DNA of 64,000 nucleotides from Malacoraja senta (Eukaryota), in the NCBI GenBank assembly GCA_038087875.1, contig CM075988.1:18788001-18852000 (forward strand), given 5' to 3'. Position numbers and translations under genes: made by a program. Shown here one piece after another: positions 39,101 to 51,693 of the stretch (position 1 is its first letter; every line of letters starts with the position of its first letter). The notes under the pieces are model-generated. The model was not told the DNA's origin. It made no database searches and saw nothing but the letters and a program-made list of their open reading frames with translations.

Positions 39101-40080
39101 AATTTCTTTCGCTTTTCACTGCACCTCAGTACACATGGCTATAAACTAAATTAAACTAAACTAAACTAAACTAAAGATAGACAAAAAAGCTGGAGAAACT
39201 CAGCGGGTGAGGCAGGTTCAATGCAGCAAAGGAATTCCTTCGCTCCATAGATGCTGCCTCACCCGTTGAGTTTCTCCAGCTTTTTTGTCTACCTTCAATT
39301 TTTCCAGCATCTGCAGTTCTTTCTTAAACTAAACTAAACTAGTATCTGTTTCTGCCCAGCTCGTTAAATATTACTACCCAAACAGTGGGCATCATCAAGA
39401 CTTGGTTTGGAAGAGTTAGTTTAATGGTGTGAGATTAAATTTAACTCTGAGTTCAGCCAAAAGCCTGGTTAATGACTGAATCATCTGCAATTAATATGTC
39501 TGTTTTGCTTTGTTCAGGTAGATAACCTTGCCACACTGCCAATCCTGATGGGATCATTAACACTCTGTGCTTAAAAGAAATGAAAGAATTGAAATAAAAA
39601 AGCATGTTAACACTGATTTTAATTGCTTTGATTTTACATTAGATCTCTCTACGATGGATTATCCATTCCTACTGTGTTGAGAAGGATAAGTATGTTCCTT
39701 GTTATTTTATATTCTCCTCAGAAGAACCTACATCCCATGCTGTTTACAATCAAAATCCCCCGCTCAGCTATTTAAGCCGAATCTTTTCATTAGTTTAACC
39801 TATGCCCTGGGAGTTTTAAATTAATATATTAAATATGCAAAAATAATATGTTTATTGCAATTGGACTTATAGCTACTGTGTGTTAAAAATAGCTTGTAAA
39901 ATGAAACCAATCCCTTTTAGTTCATTTTTAAAAAGACACAATGTGCTGGAGTATCTCAACGGTTCAGCCAGCATCTTTGGAGAACATGGGTAGGTGACGT
40001 TTTGGGTTGGGACCCTAATTTCAGTCTGAAGAAGGGTCCCGACCCAAAACGTAACCCATCCATGTTCTCCAAAGATGCTG

Positions 40081-40245
40081 AAGATAGACACAAAATGCTG
40101 GAGTAACTCAACGGGCAGGCAGCATCTCTGGAGAGAAGATAGACACAAAATGCTGGAGTAACTCAACGGGCAGGCAGCATCTCTAGAGAGAAGATAGACA
40201 CAAAATGCTGGAGTAACTCAACGGGCAGGCAGCATCTCTGGGGAA
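40081..40245. repeat. Tandem triplication of a 55-bp Penelope-derived segment
   Basis: Units start at 40081, 40136 and 40191. Confidence 0.9.
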
Positions 40246-41029
40246 AAGCGATAGGTGCTATTTTGGATCAAGACACCTTTTCAGACCCAAAACGTCACCT
40301 ATTCCTTTTCTCCAGAGATGCTGTCTGACCTGTTGAGGTACTTTTGTGCCTATCTTCGGTGTAAACCAGCATCTGCAATTCCTTCCTGTACTTTTTCCAA
40401 AGATGCCGCCTGTCTTAAGAAGGGTCCCAACCAGAATCATTACCTGTCGATGTTCTCCAGAGATGCTGCCTGACCTGCTAAGTTACTCCAGCACAGTTTG
40501 TGTTGTTTTTTTAATCCAACATAGGAAGTTCCTTGTTCCTGCATTCTCCCTTTCAGTTTATAGCACAGACTAATAAAACGACAGGAGGAGATGGATTCAC
40601 GTGCAGCTAAGCGGTGTATTATTTTTGATTTGTCATTTTTCTTTTGAACAAAATGCTGACCAAAGCACAACCTCTTTATAAAGCGAACCTCAGACAGCTG
40701 TGGAGTAACACACATGCTGCACAGCTTTGATGCAGAGTTGAAGCACAAGGGCTCACAGAAGCACTTTCAAGGCACTCTCGGAAGCTTTTGTTTTAGTTAT
40801 GGCAGCACATCTTGAAATAGGCGTTGTGAAAAATGCACGGGACCTTGATGCAGCACTGGAATGTGACAGTTGCTTGGTGCAGGCGCCACGATGAAGCCGT
40901 ACAGCTGCAAGCATGCATTCTTTAACGTCACCATGCCGTTCTGGGGCATGCAGAGGACAAACAAGCTGGTGGCTGCGGAGTCATATCCGCCATGCCAATG
41001 TAAGAGCCACGACATTTAGCCCAGTTTGG

Positions 41030-41630
41030 ACAGCTTACAAATTGGACGAACAGCACCTGATATTTCATTTGGGCAGCTTACACCCCAGTGGTATGAACAT
41101 TGACTTCTCTAACTTCAAGTAACCCTTGCTTTCCCTCTCTCTCCATCCCTCTCCTTCCCAGTTCTCCGATCCGTCTTACTGTCTCCGACTACATTTTATC
41201 TCTGTTTAAGAACTGCAGATGCTGGTAAAATGGAAGGTAGACACAAAATGCTGGAGAAACTCAGCTGGTGAGGCAGCATCTATGGAGAGAAGGAATTGGC
41301 GATGTTTCGGATCTCGACCCGAAACGTCGCCAATTCCTTCTCTCCATAGATGCTGCCTCACCTGCTGAGTTTCTCCAGCATTTTGTGTCTACCTTACATT
41401 TTATCTCTGTTTGCTTTGTTCTTACCTTCTCCCAGCTAACCATTTGCCCTGTTTTCACACCTTTACACTTCCTTATCTATCTATCTCCCTCCCCCCTGAC
41501 ATCAGTCTGAAGAAGGGTCTCGACCTGAAACGTCACCCATTCCTTCTCTCCAGAGATGATGCCTGTCCCGCTGTGTTACTCCAGCTTTTTGCGTCTGTCT
41601 TTTGTTGAAACCAGCACCTGCAGTTCCTTC
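41030..41630 (+). mobile_element. Penelope-like element 3' end (GIY-YIG C-terminus, 3'UTR, hammerhead motif) with a nested palindromic insertion
   Basis: KLDEQHLIFHLGSLHPSGMNIDFSNFK* ends at 41122. CTGAAGA...GAAACGTC motif at 41507-41534. Related pieces at about 8790-8990, 14840-15130, 24840-25145, 31290-31880(-) and 38610-38915(-). Confidence 0.8.
41507..41538 (+). ncRNA. Putative minimal type I hammerhead ribozyme motif (Penelope-associated)
   Basis: CUGAAGA-A-[GGGUC UC GACCU]-GAAA-CG-UC-ACCC: both catalytic boxes, helix II, palindromic ACGU helix III and a GUC cleavage triplet. Helix I is weak in this copy. Confidence 0.6.
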
Positions 41631-42308
41631 ATTTGCAATGACCAAGGCCAGCTCACTGCAACACACCGCAAACAGTCACAGCAACAGCTCCAAACATGCA
41701 CCGCACCATGCATGGTTAAATCAAGTCCCACCTTGCTTCACAGAAGCATTGCCAAATAGTATAGCACAGTGGGTGGAGATGCTGCCTTACAGCGTCAGCG
41801 ACCCAGGTTCGATCCTGACCTCGGGTGCTATCTGTGCGGAGTCTGCGCTTTCTCCCGCGTGGGTTACCTCCAGGTGCTCCGGTTTCCTCCCACATCCCCA
41901 AAATGTGTGGGTTTGTAGGTTAATTGGCCTCTGTAAATTACCCCTAGTGTGTAGGGAGTGGATGAGAGAGTGGGATAATAAAGAACTAGTGTGAACGGGT
42001 GATAAAATGATTCAGTGTCCCTATATATAAAACTAAAGCTTAACTCAGCCTGAAGAAGGGTCCCAACCAGAAAGTCGTCGGTCAATATCCTGCATAGATA
42101 CTGCCTGACCCCCTGAGTTCCTCCAATGCTTTATGTTTTGATTAAAATCAGTTATCAGTTCGGGAGACTAAAGCTAGAGAGTGCAGGCACTTTGGTGGAA
42201 TGTAGGACTGGAGGACATAGTGGAGATAGGGAGCGATGAGACTGAGTGGGCAGATTGAAGAGGAGAGGGAAGTCATACATGAAGCTTGGACAAGAGGCTT
42301 GAAGCTTG

Positions 42309-42620
42309 GGGGCAGCACGGTGGCATAGTGGTAGAGTTGCTGCCATACAGCGCCAGAGACCCGAGTTCAATCCTGACTACGGGCGCTGTCTGTATGGAGT
42401 TTGCACGCTCTCCCCGTGACCTGCGTGGGTTTTCTCCGAGATCTTTGGTTTCATCCCACACTCCAAAGATGTACGGGATTGTAAGCTAATCGGCTTGGTA
42501 TAAATATAAAATATCATCCCTAGTGTGTGTTGGATGGTGCTAGTGTGCGGGGATCGCTGGTCGGTGCGGACTCGGTGGGCCGAAGGGCCTGTTTCCGTGC
42601 TGTATCTCTAAACTAAACTG
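42309..42620 (+). mobile_element. HE1-like V-SINE, full length
   Basis: A/B boxes, V-domain, CR1-like tail and CTAAA repeats. Further copies at about 1771-1935, 12020-12590, 14180-14640, 28515-28790, 37245-37460, 37990-38300, 41762-42000, 49670-49855, 52215-52510, 59228-59555 and 61237-61485. Confidence 0.85.
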
Positions 42621-42939
42621 AATATAACTAAGCAAGCAGCACGCTTCTGGAAATGTCAATCCAGTTGTTTCTCCCAGCATTTCTAGATTGAGAGTAAATG
42701 TGGTGGAAATCATAATCCTCCCTCTATGAACAATGAAAGGAAAACTCGAGAATGTCAGGGCTTCATATTAAAACATCCAAGCCAGGGATAAAAAGGAGTT
42801 AAAATGTGATCAAAAACACCTGTGTATCATAAATATGAGGTCAAGGCTTGAAAATATTGGAAGCTTTGTGAACAATGAAAAGGTGTTCTTAGCTAAACTG
42901 AAGTATGCATGCTCCTACTTTAGTTTCTCATGTTCAACT

Positions 42940-43980
42940 GCAGCTCTGCCTTCAATACCATGATCCCATCTCCAATCTCCGGGTCCCAGGAATCAGCTCC
43001 CCCTTCTGCCACTGGATCCTCGACTTTCTGACCCTCAGACCTCGGTCAGTGAGGATGGGTGACAACGCCTCCTCCACAATAATGCTCAACGCCGTTGCCG
43101 CACAAAGATGGTTTCTCAGTCCCCTAGTACACTTCCTGTGCCCTCATGACTGTGTGGCCAAACACGGTTCTAATTCCATCTACAGGTTTGCAGATGACAT
43201 CACTGTGGTGGGCTGAATCACGAACAATGAAGAGACGGAACACTGGAAGGAGATAGAAAACTTGGTAGCATGGTGCCAGGTCAACAACCTCTCCCTCATA
43301 TGTCAGCAAGACGAAGGAGCTAGCTATTGACTTCAAGAAGCTTAGCGGAGTACATGCCCCAATCAGCATCAATGGTGACGATGTGAAAATGGTTGTGAGC
43401 TTCAAGTTCCTTGCCATTAATATGACCAATGATCTGCTGCGGACCAACCACATTGATGTGATAGCCAAGAAGGCACAACAGTGCCTCTACTTCCTGAGGA
43501 GACTGAGGGAATCCAGCATGTCTCCGGTGACTCAGGAAGGCCTGTCCCACTATACGAGTTTACCCAAGAGCTCTCTCGAGTAAAAAAAAAAAAAAAAACT
43601 CGTGGTAAGCACGTAGAATGTACGTAGCGGGTACGTCGGAGCTCGGGACGTCTCTTAGCGGCTCGTAACGCTAATGGCAGGTACTCGGGAAACGCGGTAA
43701 GCTCGTGAAGTTTTTTCAACAGTGTGAAAAATGTCCACGAGAGCCCCGAGTACCTACGAACGGCTATTACCGTAATTCTCCGAGTTCGAATCAGGGGAAA
43801 CTTGGGAGAACCCTTGAATTACCTCGTACAGTGGGACAGGCCCTTTACAGACTTCGACAGATGCACCATAAAAAGCATACTGTCGGGTTGCATCACATCT
43901 TGGGTTGAGAACTGTGCTGATCTGTTTGGACAGCATGCAAAACAAAGCTTTTCACTGTACCTCGCTACGTGGCAATAACA
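42940..43980 (+). mobile_element. Rex1/Babar-like LINE RT fragment interrupted by a MITE
   Basis: WILDFLT.RP, FADD(I)TVVG and KKAQQCLYFLRRLR motifs. Other pieces at about 8364-8790(-), 24320-24845, 26140-26715, 30360-30920, 34050-34295(-) and 35000-35420(-). Confidence 0.82.
43537..43844. mobile_element. PIF/Harbinger-like MITE inserted in a Rex-like LINE
   Basis: TIRs GGCCTGTCCCACTATACGAG / CTCGTACAGTGGGACAGGCC. Right flank is TTA, and the host LINE frame resumes afterwards. Confidence 0.8.
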
Positions 43981-44706
43981 GCAATGCATTGAATTAGATA
44001 ACTCAGCCTTGCGCATCCTTTGTGGGAAGGAACTGCCGATGCTGGTTTATATCGAAGATAGACACAAAATCCTGGAGTAACTCAGCGGGACAGGCAGCAT
44101 CTCTGGAGAGAAGGAATGGATGACGTTTCAGGTCGACACCCTTCTCCAGACTGTCTCGACCCGAAACGTCACCCATTCCTTCTCTCCAGAGATGCTGCCT
44201 GTCTCGCTGAGTTACTCCAGCATTTTGTGTCTACCTTGCACATCTTGTGATCTTCATTCCTCTATCAAAGGCGATGTGACATTATATCAACAAACCTGAT
44301 GAGCACCCATCTATAAAAACAAAGTTGCGTTACTGTGAAAGAAATGTTCCTGTTGCTGTATCAACATCACTTTCTAGGATATTGGAGGATAATCTGTAAA
44401 TTAAACTAATGAATCATTTCTTAAATAGAACCACTTACATAGAGATAGACATATGTTTCGTTCTGAGCGTCTGGTTCACAGTCAAAAACAAACCGTTTCT
44501 ATTCAGAGAGAGAAACTTTCAGAAATATTTTCCCTGATTTACGCAGAAAGCAATGTTTTATAAACTTTGGGGAGGATGCACACCCAATTTTACACGCGTC
44601 TGGTAGAGTCAAGAGTATATTATTCTCACAGGTCCTGACAACAATTAGTAAGATATTCCAGAGAAGGGTCATGACCTGCAACGTCACCTATCCATGTTCT
44701 CCAGAG

Positions 44707-45530
44707 ATTTTGATTTTGATTTGATTTTGATTCAATTTATTGTCATTGCACTTTTCAGTGCAACGAAATGGTTTAGCCTGCAGTCATAACATAGAATAAA
44801 TAACAAAAACACACACTCAACACATTTTAACATCCACCACAGTGAGTCCACCAGGCACCTCCTCACTGTGATGGAAGGCAAAAAGTCCCAAAGTCCATGT
44901 CTCTTCCCTCCTTGCTCTCCCTCTGCGCTGAGGCGATCCAGGCCTCCGATGTTGTGGCCCCGCCGGGTGATGGTAAGTAAGTCCCGCGGCTGAATCCGAA
45001 CGGGCCGGTTCAAACTCCGCGGCCCAGGGCGGTCGAAGCTGCCGAAGCTGCCGCCCTCCAGTCCAGCGGACGCAGCTGTTGTTGCGGGAGCTACGGAAAA
45101 ACAGGTCACCAACCTGTGACCTGCGAGCTCCCGACGATGTCGTCCACTGGCCCTCGCCGAGCCTCCGAGGCTCCGAACTTGGGTCGGAAGTCGGGTCGCA
45201 ACGCCACCACAGCCCCGAAGTCGGCCAGCCCCGCGCTGGCAAGTCCCGGCTGGCTCTGCCTCCCGAGCCCCGAGGTCGGTCCCAGTTGGAGGCCGCCAGC
45301 TCCGCGATAGGCCTCAGCGCAGACGGAGACGGAGACGGGGGATACGGCAAGAAAGGTCGCATTCCCCCCCGAAGGAAGAGCCAAAAAACATGCTTCTCCC
45401 ACCCCCCCACACATACACAACTAAAATAAACCAAAACAAACCGCAACAACGGGACAAAAGAAAACAAAAAAGAAAAGACAAACGGACTGCAGGCGAGCAG
45501 CAGCTGCAAGGCAGCGCCGCCACTTCCGGA
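44707..45530 (-). mobile_element. GC-rich non-autonomous non-LTR element with a LINE-type 3' tail
   Basis: Ends GACAATAAATTG(AAATCA)n. Its core is shared with 19868-20585(+) and 59600-59920(-). It interrupts a Penelope-derived unit. Confidence 0.6.
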
Positions 45531-46051
45531 AAATGCTGCCTGATCCGCTGAGTTCCTCCAGCACTTTGTGTTCATCATCTATTAAGGGGCAGAGTTACTG
45601 TAACTACACTAACAACCATAGTAATAATAAAAAAACAACCTTTTTTATTATTTTTAGTACGTTGAGTGTGTAGTCAGGGGGCCTAATCTTTTTATGTGTG
45701 GGGGGTGGTGGGGGGGAAGGGGGAAACTGCTTTTCGAGTCCCTACCTGGTCGGAGGGGTTGCCTTCCTCCGAGCAGCGCCTTCGACCTGTCCTTGCGGCC
45801 TACCAGCGGGTCCTGGAGCGACGTTTCCCTGAGGGGACCTGGCCAGAACATCGGCTTTGGCGGCGGCACAGAACATCGGCTTTGGCGGCGGTGCAGCGCT
45901 GGAGCGCTGTCGTGGAGCAGGCGATGCCTTTCCTGGGTCGCCGCGCTGGAACTCCAGTATGCTGGGACCGCCGATGAGAACATCGTGGAGCAGCGGTTCT
46001 GTGGAGCGGCCAGCTGCGATGCTGAACGGTACATTCCGGAGCCTTGGATTA

Positions 46052-47090
46052 GGTATGTTACAAAACTTACCTTCAGTCGCGCTGTAATTCTGCCACTGGC
46101 CGTGTGCGTGATTTTGGCGCCTTTAAGGGGGGGGGGCGGGGTTAAAACGTGGTTTCTCCTCCCTTGTCCTGAATTATATTTTGTTGGAGTACAAGCGTTG
46201 GCTGACAAATCGTTCATAGCGGCGTTTTGTGAATTTTTAATTTTTATTAAATCGTCAATGTCAGCGCTGGAGTAATTTTAAAAGCAGCTCCTGAAGCGTC
46301 AACGCCAACAACGGGGACGGATTTCACACACGGGACAGGTAAACGAAAGTGGTTTCTTTAAATGTATAAAAGTGCTTCTTAAGAAGCCTTTAATTCACAT
46401 TTTTTCATGCGACACGGTGATTTTATTCCCCGAACTAACGGCAGTATTTTTCATGCCAATACGGGGTTAAATTCACCGCAAATGAACGTTCCAAAAGATC
46501 ACGTTCCAGAAATCCTCACTCACAAGATGATTTAAATGCCCATTAATTTACAGGTATTAAACATTCAATTCCTTCCATTTGGCCTGTAAATTCATGAAAA
46601 TGAGATTTAAAAATTCTGTTATATTGTGAATTATTGTGTGAATGTTATTTGGACACTTAGGCTATTTAAAAATGTTAATCTATTCTTAAGAAATTGATAG
46701 ATGTTTAGATCTAGTAATTAAATTTTGTAATTAGCTACAATTAGGTAACTAACTAATTATATGCTTTACTTTCATGTCTTCTAAGTAAGATTGTTTCATA
46801 TTTGTTTCAGAATGCTTCAATCTATAATAACTGAAAATTTATTTCAGTTATCTTAATTTTTAAGAAAGTTATGGGCTTTTAACTGTCCTCGATCACAGCT
46901 TTTGTGTTAAGTCAATGGAAAAGCAATAGGAAACAAGATGCTAATTTCCGAGTATGAAAATGGCCAAAACTTCTTTAATACTGAAGATATGAAAGTGAAT
47001 TAGGTGTCAAATTAAACTTCTTTTTATGCTTTATCTGATGGGATAAATTGCAGACTTTATTTTTAAAATCTCAAAATTTTGTAACATTGC
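46052..47090. mobile_element. Non-autonomous DNA transposon (~1.04 kb), superfamily unclear
   Basis: TIR core ATGTTACAAAA / TTTTGTAACAT with TA on both sides. The AT-rich interior interrupts a GC-rich repeat. Confidence 0.65.
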
Positions 47091-48480
47091 TACTGGGATC
47101 TCTTGCTGAGATTGCCAGTGTGTGGAGCTCCGTCCGGCGCGGTCTGTTGGCTTGGAAGCCGCGGTCTTCGGTGGGAAGGTGGTCGTTCCTGGTACCCCAA
47201 GCCGCTGGGGGTTCTCCCGATGCCGGAGTACCATCACCCGGCGAGAACATCGGGCGCCGTGGCGGCGACTGTGGAGGCCTCAGTGGGCCCGACTCTGGGT
47301 GGACAAGAGGATGGGGACTGGACTTTGTGCCTTGTGGTGGGATGTTTTGGTGTTGAACTTATTTTTAATACTATGTTGTATTTTATTAGTGTGCTGCAAG
47401 GACATCTGAATTTCCCCTGAATAAGGGGATTAATAAAGTCCAATTCAATTCAATTCAATTCAATATGTTGCAACTGCAACAATCTTGTTACGCCAACACT
47501 GTGTTCATTGTTTCATAGACATCACCTTGAAATGTGGCTGACTGACTCAAAATATCACCTATCCATGTTCCCCAGACACGCAGCTTGACCTGCTGAGTTA
47601 CTTCAGCACTTAGCGTCAGTTTCTGACTGATTTTGTTGATGGATTTTGTGGTCAGCCGTGCTTTGAAACGACCTCAATAAAAAGATTTCCCCTATCCCAG
47701 TAACTACCTCAATAGAGCACAGCTTCGGGGGGGGGGGGGGGCGGGGGGGAGGAAAAATTACAGATTTTAAATAAATATTTACATTAAAAAAATATATCAG
47801 CAGAGTCTTGGAGACATACAGTCTGTAACCAGGCCCTTCGGCCCAACTTTTCCACTCCGTCCAACATGCCCCATCTGCACTAGTCCCACATGCCTGCTTT
47901 TTGATCCCAAATCCCTCTCAACCCAGTCTATTATGATATTATGCCAATATACAGATCATAGAACAATGCAGCACAGACAGGAACAGACCCTGGTGCTGTT
48001 AAACTAATGTCCTCAGCCTGTATGTGATCCATATCTCTCCATTCCCTGAATGTCCACGTGTGTATCTAAAAGCCTCTTTAAAGCCAGCATCCTACCTACT
48101 TTCACCAGCACCCTCGGCATAAACCCCCCTGACCCCCAAACATCTCATTTAAACTTTGCCCCATTCACCTTAAAGCTATGCCCTCAAGTCTTTGACATTT
48201 CCAGCTTGGGAAAAAGGTCCTGACTCTCTATCCCATCTATGCCTCTCGGAATATTATATACTTCAATCAGATCTCCCCTCAACCTCCGATGTTCCAGAGA
48301 AAGCAATCCAAGTTTGTCCGAACTCTTTTTATAGCGAATAACCTCTAATCCTGACGCATTCTGGTAAATCTCCTGTGCCTTCTCCAAAGCTTCCCCATCC
48401 TTCCTGTAATGGAGAGACCAGAACTGTACACAATACTCTAAACGTGGCCTCACCAAAGTTTTGTGAAGCTCTTATACTAA

Positions 48481-48726
48481 AGGGCCTGTCCCACTTTCAC
48501 GACCTAATTCACAACCTTTTTTACTCGTGGACATTTTTCATCAGGATAAAAAACGCCCCGACCTACTTGATGCCACGAGTACCTACGACTAGCATCACGG
48601 CCCACTACGACCTACCTACGACCTCCTACGACCTGCTACGACCTCGTGACGACCATGCTGCGAGTATGAGTCAAGGGCAAACTCGGCAGAGGTCGTGAAT
48701 TAGGTCGTGAAAGTGGGACAGGCCCT
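48481..48726. mobile_element. PIF/Harbinger-like MITE inserted in a CR1 fragment
   Basis: Long perfect TIR AGGGCCTGTCCCACTTTCACGACCTAATTCAC with a TAA TSD (48478-48480, 48727-48729). Confidence 0.88.
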
Positions 48727-51092
48727 TAAATGCCCAACTGATGAAGGCAAGCGTACCATCTGACTTCTTTACAACTGTCTCTGCACCTGTGTGTAAGTTT
48801 AGTTTCAGTTTCCCGTGTACAGAGGGGTTGTTCAGCTGCTTTAATAACTTAGAAAGCCCGCGAAGACTCAGACATATTTCATTCAGTGTGAGCCATTTCT
48901 AAGATATGTTATAACGAGACCAGTGTGTGATTAGTTGATCCGGGGACTTCCCCTTGGAGCGTGTGGGAGGGTAACATGGAATGTTTAAGAAGGAACTGCA
49001 GATGCTGGAAAATTGAAGGTCGACAAAAATGCTGGAGAAACTCAGCGGGCGAGGCAGCATCTATGGAGCGAAGGAAATAGGCAACGTTTCGGGTTGAAAT
49101 CCTCCTTCAGACTGACGGAAGCCGTGTTTTAGCGTGTGAGTGTGCAGATTCCAGATGCTGCTGTCGGTTTCGCAGTGAATCACACGCAACATAGACAGCA
49201 TCGACACCTGGGCTACCGCCACATCACAGCCGATGTTGTGGAGCTATCGTTTTCGTTGGAGCCAGTCAGATAATTGCTCAGTATCTTTCGCAGCGAGAGG
49301 GAGGTCCAAAGACGTACAGGTTTGTAGGTTAATTGACTTGGAGTAAAGAATTGTCCCTAGTGTGTGCAGGATAGTGTAAATATATGGGGATCGCTGGTCG
49401 GCGCGGACTCGGTGGGCCAAAGGGCCTGTTTCCTCGCTGTATCTCTAACAAAACTAACACAACTAAGTGGTCTGTAAATCAAACCCTAGTCATCTGCCTT
49501 CATTCTCTGTACACCGCATCCAAAATTAACTTGTGTAGAAAGCTACTGCAGATGCTGGTTTATACTGAAGAAAGGCACAAAGTGCTGGAGCAATTCACTG
49601 GGACAGGCAGCATCTCTGGAGTGAAGGAATGGGTGACGTTTCGGGACGAGGCCCTTCTTTAGTTCAACACTAGGCATAATTTACAGCAACCAATTAATCT
49701 GCAAACCCGCATGCCTTTGGGATGTGGGAGGAACCCCATGCGGTCACAGGGAGAACATGCAAACTCCATACAGACAGTAGCCGAGGTCAGGATCGAACCA
49801 GGATCTCTGGCGCTGTGAGACAGCGGCTCTAACGCTACACCACGGTGCCGCCCTTGAATACTGTCACAACGTCTTCCAACTATAAGATACGGATGCTGCA
49901 CTAGGATTATGATTCAAGTTTTAAATTTCATTTTACTTTGCCAAAGGCTTAAAAATTCTGTTCCCAGATTGTTTTTGATTTGTTGTGTCTGGGAATCATT
50001 CTGCTGAGAAGCTGTTTTAGTCTTTGTTGAGGTGGCATTCATGCTCTTGTTTGCATGGTGTAAGGATAGTCCGTTTATATAGTGCCTTTAAGATTCTAAG
50101 CTAGACAAAGTGCTCCTCAAATCTTCACAGCGGTTCCATGAAGCACCAAACCACATCAGAAAACTCCTCGGAAACAAGTCACAAAAAGGTTCAGTTGCGA
50201 ATCAGGCCCTTCAGCCCAATACGTCCATGCTAACTAAAATATCTGTCCTGCTAGTCCCAGTGGCTTGCTTGTGGCCTATATCCCACTTTATCCATTTGCC
50301 TATCAATGTGTCTTTTAAGTATTGTAATTGTACCATCCCCTCCAGCTTCCATTGGCTGCTTGTTCCATGCACCCAACCCCCTCTGTGTGAAAATAGTTCC
50401 TCTCCAGTCCTCTTTAAATCTTCTCCCTCCCACCTTTTACCCATGACCATTAGTTTTAGACTCCCCTGCCCAGGAATAAAGATTGTGACCATCTATCCTA
50501 ACTGCCCCTGTCATGGTTTTATATACCCCTATAAGGTTAGTAAGGGTGCCAGGGGTTATGCAGAGAAGGCAGGAGAATGGGGTTGAGAGGGAAAGATAGA
50601 TCAGCCTTTGAATGGCAGAGCAGACTTGATGGGCCGAATGGTCTAATTCTGCTGCTATAACTTATGAAGGTCACCCATCAGACAGACCCCGGCTTTCCAA
50701 GGAAAATAGCCCCAGACAATCCTGCTTCTCCGAACAACTCAGGCCATACACGCTGGTAACATCCTCCTGAATCTTCTCTGCATCCTTTCCAGTTTAATGG
50801 CACCCATGAAACATGAGATAGCGCTGAACGGCGGTGAAGGACTCCAGCAGCATCGCCTGGCCAGGCCGATCCCTGCAACTGCAACCCAGTGCTGCCACCA
50901 GGACTTGAAGGATGGAAGGTGGTTCCGGAAACATGGTGACTCTTGTGCACTGATTCACTACTCTTAAATTCTTGTACTTGACCATGATTGTGCTTGTGCA
51001 TTGTAAGATTTTACTAGATTGTTAGCAAAAAAAGAATTTCACTGTACCTAGGTACACGTGACAATTAAGTACCATTGAATGCTTCCTGCAGC

Positions 51093-51350
51093 CCAGTAAA
51101 TGGAGGATTTAGGGGAGGGCACCAGTAAATGGGAATTAGGGGAGGGCACCAGTAAATGGGGGATTTAGGGGAGGGCACCAGTAAATGGGAATTAGGGGAG
51201 GGCACCAGTAAATGGGATTTAGGGGAGGGCACCAGTAAATGGGGGATTTAGGGGAGGGCACCAGTAAATGGGAATTAGGGGAGGGCACCAGTAAATGGGA
51301 ATTAGGGGAGGGCACCAGTAAATGGGATTTAGGGGAGGGCACCAGTAAAT
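51093..51350. repeat. G-rich minisatellite, 28-30-bp unit, about 9 copies
   Basis: Unit GGGAGGGCACCAGTAAATGGG(A/GGA)(A/T)TTAG. Confidence 0.95.
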
Positions 51351-51693
51351 GTTGTGTTAGATCTACACCCCTCTCCACTTCCTCCGTTACCCTCTCGACC
51401 TCCCCATCACTCTCCCCTCGCCCTCTTCACCCTCCCCGGTCCTCCCTCCCTCTCCTCTCACTCACTCTCCCCGTCTCTCCCACCCTCCCCCTTCTCTCTA
51501 TCTCTCTCTCTCTCTCTCTCTCTGCAATGACCATGTTACAGCAGAACTACCTTTATGCACACCCGCATTAAGACTCAACCAATATATCTCCTGTACAATT
51601 AGACCACATAAGAACATTGCAAAATAGGAAACATTTTAAATTCTAATATTTAAAATGGATTCATAGCACGTATCTATTTTAACATTCACCTAC

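Noticed and set aside
44439..44634. Minus-strand exon with CAG acceptor and GTAAGT donor
   Set aside because: All three frames contain stops. At most a non-coding exon, with no support.
44817..46275. Long ORFs (253, 187, 193 aa) as protein genes
   Set aside because: They are stop-poor GC-rich repeat sequence, cross element boundaries and show no recognisable domain.
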